Shown piece after piece: positions 13,194 through 25,231 of a DNA stretch of 64,000 nucleotides. Positions within the stretch are counted from its first letter, which is position 1. Each line of letters starts with the position of its first letter. Source of the stretch: Ylistrum balloti. Taxonomy: Eukaryota. The stretch covers positions 1,240,001 to 1,304,000 of the forward strand of contig NW_026781945.1 of assembly GCF_031769215.1 (NCBI RefSeq), given 5' to 3'. Under the pieces are notes generated by a model, which did no database searches, had not been told where the DNA came from, and saw only the letters and a program-made list of their open reading frames with translations. A program made the position numbers and the translations under genes.

Positions 13194-13474
13194 GAGGGCG
13201 TCAGAAGCAACTGGTATGCAGAGTACAGCTGACATGACACCTGACTTGAGTATAGTGAAAATAGAAGCCAGCAATCATGAAACAGGAGGACTCGATATGC
13301 ATGTAGATATGCCAGAGGAGGGGGTGATGCGTATTCACCAAGGCAGGTTACCAGAGGAACAAGAAGACACAAGTGACAAAGAAATAGAAGACTGGGCGCG
13401 TGAGGAAATGTCAAATGAAGGAAGCAATGTTAGCGGTGATCAGAATAATTCGTGGTACATGGGAACATTCAAAG
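13194..13474 (+). CDS. Paralog B constant exon 3, the last common exon, with the phase-1 donor used by all variable cassettes
   Basis: Acceptor tttccattgacag| in phase 2 gives RRASEATGMQSTADMTPDLSIVKIE...SWYMGTFK G|gtaggt. The constant CDS totals 1690 nt (563 codons + 1 nt). Confidence 0.92.
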
Positions 13475-13849
13475 GTAGGTGTCATTCCTTTAACCTTTCA
13501 TGTTTTGATTGGAGCTGTTCTATGTAATCAAACAAGTACTGTAGTTAGTCAGGGAATTAATAGTATCTTCTTTAAAAATGGGAGGGGGGAGGACTTAATC
13601 CAATAAACTGGTGTCACATGATCTTTTAATGAAAAATGTTTATATCTTTGTAAGAGAATATCATTTCTTGATGGTGATATCATTTCACAACATGGTTATG
13701 AATTCACTTTCTTGGTATTTGTTGAATTATCACATAGAACAGCTCCAGAGGAACTGTTCAAACAATCTGTCATGTTTAGACCTGCAATCACTTTATTTTT
13801 AACAAGTGCTTGATTGTCATATATCAGAAGTTTGAGGTCTGATTGATAA

Positions 13850-14620
13850 TTCATTGAGGTCAGGAGTCATATTGCTTATTGTCCAGGTCACAAGATCTGA
13901 TCAGTAGTAAGTTGAGGTCAAGGTCAGATACCTGCTGTTCAGGTAGCAAAATCTTCTCAAAAGTACTGGAGGTTGAGGTCAGGGCCAAATATATATCATC
14001 CAGATAGCAGGGTGTAACCAATATAAGGTTAAAGTCAAATATTGGTTATCCATGTAGTAATGTTTGAATTCATCATAAAAATATTACTAGCGGGTCAAGC
14101 ATCGATAGTCAAGGTAGAATTGTCTGAGCAAAGTAAGTTGATATCCAAGTGATACTTTATTGTCCAGCTAACAACAATGTAGAAGAAAGAAAGGTTGTGT
14201 TAATGTTGTGGATCTGTAGTCTTAAGTTGAAGGTCAAGTGTCTGTAGTCCAGGCAATATGTATGCCAAGGATGACATGAGGTGAAAAGGTTATTTCGCTT
14301 TAATCAAGGTACTTGAGCATCTGTGTTCTAGAAAATAACGCATGACATAAGTTGAGGTCAAATATGTGTTTTATTGATAGAAAGTAATGATCAGGGGTCA
14401 TCCCGGTATATGTAATCAGGTTTGACTAATAATATGTACAGGTCAAGGGTCAAGAATAGTCCAGATAAACATAATTAGGTCTGACTTATAGAAAGTAGAA
14501 GTCATTGGTCTTCCATGTATATGTAATCAGGTTTGATTGAAAGCAAGTAGAGGTCAAAGGTCACACAGGTACATGTAATTAGGTTTGATTGATAGCAAGT
14601 AGAGGTCAAGGGTCCAGAAT
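13850..14620. repeat. Degenerate repeat region rich in (G)AGGTCA motifs
   Basis: Recurrent gttgaggtca, aggtcaaggtca and aggtcaagggtca words at loose spacing, with no ORF. Confidence 0.55.
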
Positions 14621-14741
14621 AGTTTAGGTTTATGTAACCAGGTCCTGTAATAGAAGTTTTACTTTATGTAACCCCAGAAAGTACCTGGTATACCTTAGGA
14701 CTGTTATGACACTTAATACAACCTTGAGGCCATTAAACTTG

Positions 14742-14826
14742 ATGTTGTTTAGCTGTGAAAGTGTTGAGGTTGTTTAGCTGGGGAAGTGTTGAGGTTGTTT
14801 AGCTGGGGAAGTGTTGAGGTTGTTTA
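14742..14826. repeat. 25-bp tandem repeat, about 3 copies
   Basis: gtgttgaggttgtttagctggggaa at 14761, 14786 and 14811. Confidence 0.85.
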
Positions 14827-17800
14827 CGAATGTCTTAATAGCTGTAGGACAGTAGGGATGATGAGACATGACTACAGGTTGTTTAAGCACTCCTTTATCT
14901 GTGTCATTTCTTGTCTGGTTATTTGCTTCAAGGTAATTTTCATTTTGACATCAAAATGTGATAAAAGCCAAAAATTAAACCTTTTTTAAAATTAATATAT
15001 TTCACAATTAAATGGTAAGATTTTTAAGACCTACTGAATACATTAGATTATTATATTTCAAGAATGATCCAAACATGAAAAGATGCCAGTACTGTCGCCG
15101 TTTTGGAAGTTTTAACCAGACTTGCAATGATTTTTACAATACTATGTAGTATTAATCATTTACTACTACATCAGTATAAGAAATGCTTTGTTCAGTAAAA
15201 AATCCAAGGAAGTTGCTGTTTCATTTAAACTCCCTGGATTGATATTGAACCAGCATGCTTGGCTTTCACTGCACTTTTAACAAAGTTTGAAAATTAAGAC
15301 CTTGGATCAGATAGAAGAAAATTTCCATGAATGGAGTTAGTTTAAAATTTGATTCTTGTTTTAAATTTATCTGACAAGAATTTGATATGTATTTTAAATG
15401 TATCTGACAAGAAATGAAACCAAACTGATATTGATGTTTGCTAACCGACCAAAACATGCTTGTCAAACCCAGAATCTGCTGGTGTAGTTTAATTTCATTT
15501 CCTGTAACTTCTTTGTATAAGCAGGTGCTCCCTATAGCTATAACTGATGAATTATACAAGAATAAGGATAAGCTGTATGTACTGTACAGGTCTAATATAT
15601 GTATATTCATTTCTTTGTTAAGAATGCAGAGTCATGATGAATATTGTTTTTACAATGTTGGAATATTTTATTTGTTGAAATTCCAACTTTATGTCTCATG
15701 GACTTGTCAAGAAAGAGCAATTTTCATTGATAAAAATGAATCCCATTTGTTTGGATGATTATTGCTCTGAAGAAGGATGATCTGCATATGACATCAAAGT
15801 TGGGATTTAAAGCCTAAAAGTACATATACAGGTAGCAGGACTGATCAGTCTAACAGTATTTTAATGATACATCTTGAAAGTTATCTGTGTATGTACTTAA
15901 ACCTGGCAAAAATTAATATGTCACAAGTCCCATCAATACGTGAAAATGTTCCAGTAAAGATATTTACTCTTCAAATACTTTCTACAGCAATGCAAGTCTG
16001 TATTGCAAAATAGTTTTTCTTTACTGAACTGAAGTCAGTAACATAAGGAAATGCTAAATTACCTTTCAGGCCTTGTCTGATAAATATAGCAAATCACTTA
16101 TTGATGGAACTTTAAAGACCTGTGATATTAGTGTTATAGCGTGTTACATTGTTTACAGACCTTTATTGTTCTTTCTAAATTTGGATGCACATGTGAATAT
16201 ATTTGATAATCGCCAGTTTAAATGGGGTAGTCCTTCCCCACACAGTAAATATTTAAAAAGTACATATCAAGTAGTGAAAGTGCAATATGAACAAATTTTC
16301 ATTCTCTTAAACCATTAAATTTTCTGATAGAAAATGCATCCAGCAGTAGTATAATTGAGTGTTTGGTCACAGAAGGTCTGTAAATATATGTACTCGCCTT
16401 AACCAAACAATCAATTTTATTACTTGTGCCTTATGTCCAGTTTCCTGACGTCCCTTTGCACACATACAGTCACATATACAACAATTACAAGTTAGCTTTG
16501 GAGGCTCTTCCTATTAATATGTTAAGCATCATCAGATTTGATAAAATCATAATCGAAAAATTTGAAAGTTGAAAAAAAAAGAAACAAAAAAAAAGTGACT
16601 TAAAATTTAGCAATATAGAAGTAAGCAGTTCATGTATAAAGATATGTTTGGGGTGAGCCTCCTTTATTTACAGCTATAAATACAAAACTGCATGTTTGCT
16701 GGCTGGATCAGAAGGAGGACCTGCAAAAAAAGTTCAATCTGTTGCCGAGTCCAATAAAATTTTGTAGGAACTACAGATTTAGAAATTTCAGGAGGAAAGG
16801 AAGAGTGAAAAAGAGAGAAATTAAAACAAGCATTTTTTTATGATTTTTGATTGATGGATATAAACTTCAGATTGAACTTGGCACAGGTAAGTGATCTCAC
16901 ACGAACATATACACACAGTAACTGGGGAAACCTTGTGGTGGTCTGTCGTATGTTTAAAATAAAATATAACATACAGGCAATGCACCTGCATAATATATCT
17001 CAGAAATCTATCCAAATTGTAAAAAAGATCTATTGGCATTCCAATGCAAGTTTTCTCCAGTGTATGCATTCACCCCTCCCTCCCCACTCCCTGCGCCGAC
17101 CTGGTTTATACACATTATGGAGCTGATCCTCTGAAGCTTGTCTTCAGTGTGTCATATTGGCCTACGAAATGTATATGCTTAATTACTACAAGGAAAGATA
17201 ACTATTGATGAGGACCATTGATGTTTAAATGAATACAGATGATGATAGAGAATGTTTGCCATAAGATATTAAAGGGAAAAAACCCTTGATGAATCACAGC
17301 TTAATAAACTTAAATTACCTACACTGATTTACTGATGACCTTGGAAAATGACCTTCATGAATGCACCATTGTATGACCTATAAAGGATGAAAAGTGTGTT
17401 TGGGGTAGGGGATGGAAATATAACTGATTTACAATACTTGTAGTATATTCTATGTTGAGAGATAAAACTACAGGAAAGTTGCACTATTGATTCTACCTCA
17501 TTAGCAAAGAGAAGACCATCATATCTGTTCTACTGGATGGTGCTGAGTATGTTACAACTGGTTTCCTTGAGGAATTTGGTGTTTGGACAAGTTTCTGGTT
17601 TGGAAATAGACCTGAATTGAGGGATACTTTGGATTGGGGGAGGGGAGAAATAATATTACTGAAATGTAGTTAGGGCCATATACAATCCATTCTGTCAGTG
17701 TTAATACAGGTATTAAACAGTCATGATGATATTAGTGGTCAGTTAATGATACCATGAAAGGAGTGATGAAATCGTGTAGTTTATGGAATGGGTAAATAGC

Positions 17801-17854
17801 TTAGAATTCCTTTAGTAGCGGATATATATACCTCTGTGTTATGTCCATTTTCAG

Positions 17855-18462
17855 GCAGAAGACCTGATAAATGGAGAACAGGAGGTCATGTACTTACTGG
17901 GGAATCAAAGCACTTGTCTGCCCCTTCTCAGCTATGGTTACAAAGTCCGACCCTGGCTCTAGATACCTCTTCCAGTGTGTCTTTAGATAATAAAACATCA
18001 ATGATCCTGACAGAGCATTCTTCTTTAGTTCAACAAATACTACTCAATACGCCTAAAGGAAAGAGGCACAATATGTGGCCTTCAGTTATTGTCTCTGATA
18101 AAGGTATAGATGGAAAGTCTGAAGGACCAGAGACATGTTATATTAAACTAGATCCAGAGGTCCAGGAGGCTGTATATGAAATATTTGGTTCTTCCTACTC
18201 TAGACAAAACTTTGCCTGGAGGCTGGTACGTTCTATGTTTGAAGACTCCGAATTAAAGGACCACAATTGTTATGGACGGAAGGGCAAACCTTCACTGGAT
18301 GTTGAGAAGCTGAGCAAGGTGAAGGAGCTTGTATTCTCTTATTATCCTTTGGATGATTGTGTCCTCCAACAGCGTGCATGGAAGGCATGCACTGTTGCCA
18401 TAGACAAGGGTATTAGAAACACTTTCTGTGATTATCACCCTCGGCAACAGTCCAGCGATTAA
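17855..18462 (+). CDS. Variable terminal exon V1: BEN domain
   Basis: Phase-1 acceptor tgtccattttcag|gc. SRQNFAWRLVRSMFEDSELKDHNCYGRKGKPSLDVEKLSKVKELVFSYYP...WKACTVAIDKGIRN is a classic BEN pattern. Confidence 0.88.
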
Positions 18463-19157
18463 GATTATTAACTTGGCCTCTATTCCAGTGTCATTTTCAT
18501 AAGCCTACAATAGAAACTGACCCCAGCTGGCGTAATTTTTGTTATTTCTGTGATAATTAGTTGCCATGAACATGATCTCTATTTAGTAACCATGCCTTTT
18601 CATTAACTTTCTTGAAGTTTCCTTCCATATAAAGATATGCAGGTTTTACTGTGATGGTTGTAAGCTGAACACTGTTTGAGGAATCATTTGATCTGTCATA
18701 CAAATGGTTTGTGTATTGTTCCAAGTGTCACACAATGACAATACATTTGTGTATTGTCACTGTAACGGAGATTTAAGTCTCTTTATTGAAATTTTATAAA
18801 GTTTAGGGTATCGGGTAGATAGTGAATATATTGCTGGGATCTTAGAAAGGGCATACATACATTCATTACAATCACATCAAAAAGTTCTGGAAGGAACTTT
18901 AACCCTCAGTAGGATGCGGAATATCACAGCGAGAACAATGTTTGTAATGCATATCAAGTGAACATATAGCTTTGAGTATTTGAGAAGCGAGTTAAAAGTT
19001 GATGGAGTCCAATAAGTTTAGGTGTGTTGTGTCTTAAAGAAAGGCAATTTGTCATCATTTTTTTCTAGTTTTGACAGTATTAAATTAAACTGTTTCTCAA
19101 AGGAAATTGTACTCTCAAAAGAACTTTCAAAGAACACAAGCTCTCTCTTGTTTTTAG

Positions 19158-19645
19158 GAGACTTGACTGGGACTTTCAAGCAGCCATTTTTACCAACCAT
19201 CCAGAATGCAAGTGAGATGGGTACTATGGACAGCAGTTGGTATGGCAACCAGTATGTAGTTCAAACAAGCAGGCAGGTTACTAAGACAGTGGCCAGTGCA
19301 GGTGTCACCAATAAAGTGTTTAACTGTCGAATCTGTTGTGAAAACTATGTTGACAAGGCAAGCCTGAAACAGCACATGTATGACAGTCATAGCCTTCAGT
19401 ATTCTCACTTCTGTTTTGAATGTGGAAAGGGTTTTAAAGCGTATTCTGGTCTGTATGACCACGACAAGAGCAACCATGCTGTAGGGGAAAACCTGCCAAC
19501 CTGTCATGTCTGTGGCAAGTACTTTGCTCGTCAGAGTCGTCTGCTTGTACACATGAGAAAACACTCCAAGGAGCGACCATTTGTTTGCCAGAGGTGTGGC
19601 AAGACTTATAAACACATGCAGAATCTTAAGGAACATGTATGCTGA
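19158..19645 (+). CDS. Variable terminal exon V2: 4 C2H2-type zinc fingers (last one C2HC)
   Basis: Phase-1 acceptor ctctctcttgtttttag|ga. Fingers CRIC...H...H, CFEC...H, CHVC...HMRKH and CQRC...HVC, with an SKERPF linker. Confidence 0.88.
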
Positions 19646-20292
19646 GTGTCCTTGTAAAAAACCACCATGTACAAAATTTTTACTGTCACTTCACCGTCTT
19701 TATAGTGATCAGTGGATATTGTCTCCAGCTTTTGTACTCTTATACTCACAGCTCATACGATTCTTAATATGTCCGAATGAGTGATCAACTGTGATGGATG
19801 GCTGTAGTTTGATGATGTGTCCGCATATGGACCTTTGACTGTCACAGGATGTGGGTGTGGTATGTTATTAAATTATGGAGGGACAAAAATGGCACGTCAT
19901 ACTTCACTCACTGATAATAAGTTGTTTCAGATAAATGTAGTTCTTAATTAAAGTATTACAAATGACAGGATGTACAAGATATATTTGACTTGTAGAAAGT
20001 CTTGGTGTTATCAACAACGTCACAAATGTGATTCTTTACGGATACTTATTTCCAGTTTCAGTAGGAGAGGATTTATTTAAACACAATAAACTGATTGTCA
20101 AAGTTGAAAGTCCATCTTACAGGGGCTGTATTTGATTGTTGTCATGCTCAGGAAATATGCACAGGGACTCCAGCAGATAATCGGTCTAGGTATCTATACT
20201 TAAAACGGGGGTGGGGGGCATATTGCTGCAAGTGAACAACCTTTACAAGCATCAGCCTAAGGTTACCAAACATCCTCTTTTTTCTTATATAG

Positions 20293-20723
20293 GTCATGGT
20301 AATCCAGTATTCAACATGAGTGAGATGACTTTGCCAGGAGATGCTTCAAGTTCCTTTTCAAGGGAGGCCACTTATAGTTGTCAGACCTGCTTCAAAAACT
20401 TTTGGACTCTAGATGAGTTAAACACACATAGTCATTCTCAAACTGAAATGGGATTTGTTTGTAAAATATGTGGATCATCTGCGATCAATAGAAAACAGCT
20501 TGGGGAGCACTTGGTTTCCCAACATTCTGTAGACTATCTCCACTTCTGTGTTGTATGTGGCAAGGGGTTCAAATCCTACTCAGGTTACTATGACCACCAG
20601 CGGACCTATCATGGCACAGGGCCTGTTTGCCCTGTCTGTGGAAAGTGTTTTGCTCGGCATTCACACCTCCAACATCACATGACCAATAGTCATAACACAA
20701 CATCACATGATCAATTGTCATAA
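20293..20723 (+). CDS. Variable terminal exon V3: 3-4 C2H2 zinc fingers
   Basis: Phase-1 acceptor tttttcttatatag|gt. Fingers CKIC...HLVSQH, CVVCGKGFKSYSGYYDHQRTYH and CPVC...HHMTNSH. Paralogous to V2. Confidence 0.87.
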
Positions 20724-21044
20724 CACTACAACATCACATGACAAGTTGTTGTGATATACTAATGGCATCAGATAAAGGCCTTCGGCATGTGTTACATAGA
20801 TGATTAAAAGAAATGGCTGATATTTCATAGGTCCTACGAAAAAGCCTGTATAAACAGTATTCAATGGTACAGTGTACTGTGCATGTGAAAGTTATACTGC
20901 AAGTTAATCAGGATATTTTCTATTCGATGTGGAGATTTCCAGCCAATCACTGACAAGGAATTGTATCATTCTAAGGATGGTTATTCAAGTCTGTGTATAG
21001 AGTAGCACCTTGGCTTAGCCAGGAATGTTGAGTTTGTATAACTG

Positions 21045-21512
21045 GTGAAAGATGGTGGTTCAGTAACAACGAGGACTCGCGTTCTTAAGTATCACTACAT
21101 AGAATGTCACATTTCCTCCCCCTCAAAATATCTCTTTGTTAAGCATCAGAAATTGAAACACCCTTTTGGGAGTAAGAATTCTCTATACTTTATTTGCCAG
21201 TACAAATTTGCCTCTAATGAGTTGAAAAAAGAGCATCTACACGGTTATCACTGTGGGGAGTTTAATTTCTTTTGTTACAAATGTGGGCATGGTTTTAAAA
21301 GCAAAGGCAGGCTTAGTGAACATAATAAGACTAGACACAGCATCAGTCTGTCCAACTCACCTTTTAAGTGGTATATCTGCGGGTGGGCGTGTTCATGTTT
21401 AAGTAAACTGCGAGCACACATGGCTATACATTCAGACACTAGACAGTTTACCTGTAACAGTTGTGGCAGACAATTGAAAAATAAACAAGCTAAGCATATG
21501 TGTTGCGAATAG
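21045..21512 (+). pseudogene. V4: degenerate C2H2 variable exon (probable pseudo-exon)
   Basis: Same finger spacing as V2/V3, but three first cysteines read Y (tac), Y (tac) and W (tgg). There is an in-frame stop at 21039-21041 and only a weak phase-1 acceptor (cactacatag| at 21103). Confidence 0.6.
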
Positions 21513-22132
21513 TAATTCAAATTGTGGGGAAAAAATAACTCATTTCGAATTTAATAGAGTAAAGTGTAACAACTTGATGATGACTATGGTCTGACAGATT
21601 CTCTGGATGTGGTAATATGTGTATGAAGACAGTATGTTGTGTTGAAACTGTATAATTAATGACGAAAAGACAGCATATGTATTGTATAAATTTCTATAGA
21701 ACAGAAAGTGTGTCGTACACTTGAAAGTTTCGTTAAATATTTAAGTTTTAATAAAGATTTCTAATATTATTACAATTATTCTGTTTCATTCTTTATCCGA
21801 ATGTGGAAGGAAACAAATGGATATGTTGAGAAAATTAAGTCGTGATGATGAAAACGCTGGAATAATGGAATCATACCGAATCAGGTTTTTAAGTAGTTAA
21901 TGCAGATCTCAGGAATATCTTCAACTTCAAGAAGAATTTTTTTTTGAAACTTTATGATGCAGCTTTGTTGTACAGTGCTGTCCGTCTTGATGTGGATAAA
22001 GAAAGGCATGTATATCTAACAAATCATTTTTACTTAAAAAATGTGAACTTTTACTTGAACTGAGAAAGTATGTAAAAGCATTGGTACATGGTAACTGGAC
22101 TTGGTAACACAGCCTTTCTTTATCCCTTTCAG

Positions 22133-22515
22133 GACCTGACACTGGTATGTACACAAGCAATTGGCAATATGAAGCTCCAGACATTACCCCCGAGATTGGG
22201 GAGGGACCTGAGGTCCACATCGAGGGTCATGCTATGATACACATCGAAGGCAACAAGAAGGCTTGTGCATTTTGTCAGATGCATAACATTAAAACTAAGT
22301 CAGGCTGGGCAATAAAATCTTACTATAAGTGTGAAACTTGTGATGTACCACTATGTCGGGGTAAAAGTAAACAGTGCTACCAGAGATACCATGAACTGCG
22401 CAGGGAACATGACAACATGTCACCTCGGATGATGCAGAAAGCTATCAAAGCTTCTATGCCAAAACCTGCTAAATTTTCCTTTAAGACAGCAGATCCCCCA
22501 CTATCATTTTGGTGA
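22133..22515 (+). CDS. V5: piggyBac-type cysteine-rich domain (CRD) terminal exon
   Basis: Phase-1 acceptor tttctttatccctttcag|ga. HAMIHIEGNKKACAFC..KTKSGWAIKSYYKCETCDVPLC..CYQRYH. AATAAA at 22563. Confidence 0.9.
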
Positions 22516-23616
22516 TCTGTCCATCAGAAAATCTGGCAGTTTTTATTTTTCACTGTGAACTTAATAAATAAGTGCTATAACAGATCATCTATTGAAAATC
22601 AAATTTGGAAATTCAGATTCTGTTGGAGATTTTCCTCCTCGTGGTTTTTGGTGCGCCAGAAGATGTAGTAATTGTTGTGGACGATCAACACAGATACTTT
22701 GATGTCTAGATATTACTCGGTTCCAAAATGGCTAATCACCAGGATGTTTTTTCAAATATCATGAAATTGGGCTTGTTGATGTCATGATACAATTTTGTGT
22801 GGTCAGCAAGGTTATTTTGAAAGTAAGAAAATATTTAATTGGGACTACGACTATTGATAAGGTGATTTGTAGTATGTCAGGTTATTTCTGAAAAATATAT
22901 ATTGGTAGTTTATATATTTGATAATGATACTGATTGTCAAAGTCGTTCGTAACCGGTTTTGATTTATCAACATGGATTTTTTGTGTCTTCAAATAAAGTA
23001 ATATGAGGTGTGAGGTAAAAAGCACAACTCCGTTATATCTTTATTTTGTAGAAACAAATCAAAACAATGCAGTTGAGGAAATTTTTGCTCAAGTTCATTT
23101 GTAAATAACAGTATTTCTTAAGCACTTTAAGAGTTTGTGTTACATATCCTGTAAACATGTATAATGTCTGATCATATCAGAATTTTTACCTCGAGATGCC
23201 CAACAAAAAGATTTAGACATGCACAGTGGTTATAACACATTATGTTTATGCACATATTTTCAAATGTCTTATTTATAATCATGCATATTGTTTGTGGGAA
23301 TTTTATTGTTGTATTAAAATAAATTTTAAGTTATATTTATCTTATTTCGAGACCTATATAGTGGCATGCTATTTTTTTTTTTTTTTTTTATGAAGAAAGG
23401 CTACCAATATTAGTGTCACACCATCATTGAATGTTTGTTTTCATACCCTATATGGAAATGTTGTGAAATATTTACAAATTACAAATGTCAAAACTGCGCT
23501 GCTGACCCATATTTCTTCAGCAGATCTCGTTTTGTTTGACATATATAGCAAATGAAATTCCAGGTACAGTTGACAGGAAGTGACACTAGTAACCGAGCCT
23601 TTCTTTATAATTGCAG

Positions 23617-24116
23617 GGGGCAGTAGTGTAACCTTCCCGCAGGGTAAGCCCTCTTCAGTTACCATGGCAACTAGCCTGTCGGGTAACAATTCCATGGCTA
23701 ATATGACAACAAGCTTGCTAGGGATTGGTACCAACATGTCCATGGCGACTAATCTGCCAGAGTGGCAAGACCAGATACAAATACAAGGTGTTGACCATCG
23801 CCTCATACATATTGGAGGGAAGAACCGGGCTTGTGCTTACTGTACTATAAGTAAAAATAAAACCAGGTTAGGCTGGGCTAGGAAGTCCTACTACAAGTGT
23901 GATGCATGTGGAGTGCCCCTTTGTCGTGGGGAGACTAATTGCTACGAGCGATATCATGACTTAGTGCAGGAGCACCAACACCTTGTAGACTCCCCCAAAA
24001 ATCTGTACAAATTTCTCCTAAGGAAGTTCTCATCACAAGTAGAAGTAGACTTTGTGCAGGAGACTTTCAAAATGCAAAGCATGGACTTTGGATTGGGCAA
24101 CATAGAACCAAAATAA
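23617..24116 (+). CDS. V6: piggyBac-type CRD terminal exon
   Basis: Phase-1 acceptor tttctttataattgcag|gg. HRLIHIGGKNRACAYC..KTRLGWARKSYYKCDACGVPLC..CYERYH. Confidence 0.9.
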
Positions 24117-24674
24117 AATTTTTGAAATTGAAAAATTTCAAATGTGATTTGCTAAAATAGTTTCATCAGTTGATACAAGGAGAGGAAAGAATGGTTGCCA
24201 AGCCATATTGACTTTTCCATCAGTAACAATGGATTTTAAATTAAGAACCATTTCTGGATCCAAGTTGTTGACTGAACACTGGCTGTCTGTATAAGAACTA
24301 TTCCTGGTTCCTGGATATGTATGGCTGATTCTGATGGCTGTCAGTATATAGAAACCAGATTAATTAAAAAAAGATTAATGGATACTTTATGAAAATAATC
24401 TGATGTCCTGAGTTCAAAATCATCTATATGACACGTGTATTAATGTTTTTTTTAATGCTTCAGTTGAAAATTGTACAACTGAGAAGAAAATAACTTGATT
24501 TCCAAACACCTTGCTGTGTGGAACTAGCACCAATATAAAGTTTTTTTATTAATTTGTTAGTATCCTTGAAGATCAAAACAATGTGATTAAATATATCAAA
24601 AAGTTTTTTTTATTTTTTTATTTATTTTTTTTTTTTTTGATAATTGGGTAATCCTGGTTTCTTTGTCCTTTCAG

Positions 24675-25051
24675 GAACGCCAGTTCCTCAAGAAAACATT
24701 GCCTACATAAGCCAATCAGAAAGTACAGCACACTATCAAAGTAGCCAATCAGAAGGCTTCATACAATCTCAATCAACCAGTCATTCTGAAAGTGTTCCTT
24801 CTTGCATAGTTAAGGACTATGGAACACATGCAACATTCCAATCAGAAATTCCTGGACATAGGCTAGTAACAAGACCAGGGCGTCAACTGAAAGCGTGTGT
24901 GTACTGTCAGTTGAAGAAGGTCAAAACGAGGTCAGGATGGGTGGTGAAATCCTATTACATGTGTGAGGCATGTGGTGTACCCCTGTGCCGGGGTCAGCGG
25001 GAGTGTTACCACTATTATCACCAACTTATTTCAGGACATGGTCCGATGTAG
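24675..25051 (+). CDS. V7: piggyBac-type CRD terminal exon
   Basis: Phase-1 acceptor tttctttgtcctttcag|ga. HRLVTRPGRQLKACVYC..KTRSGWVVKSYYMCEACGVPLC..CYHYYH. Confidence 0.9.
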
Positions 25052-25231
25052 TGGTCAGTGATACAAAAGACATTTGTTTAGATAACATTAATCTTCTTTT
25101 CTCCCCTCGTGTTTGTGTTGGTCTGTGTGTATTTTACCCTTGTGATTTAGTGATAAGATTATAGGGTACAAGTATTAACTGTACCAGGTACTCATGGTCT
25201 CTGTCCTAACTTTTCTCTTTCTCCCTTTCAG

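Noticed and set aside
11303-13474. Assigning the gene symbol lola, mod(mdg4) or NACC
   Set aside because: The similarity is architectural. Orthology cannot be established without a BTB phylogeny.
19190-19636. Antisense ORFs over real exons (e.g. 19190-19636, 37574-37837, 28079-28450, 61827-62117)
   Set aside because: These are shadow frames of coding exons with no recognisable motifs. I found no minus-strand variable exons inside B's array.
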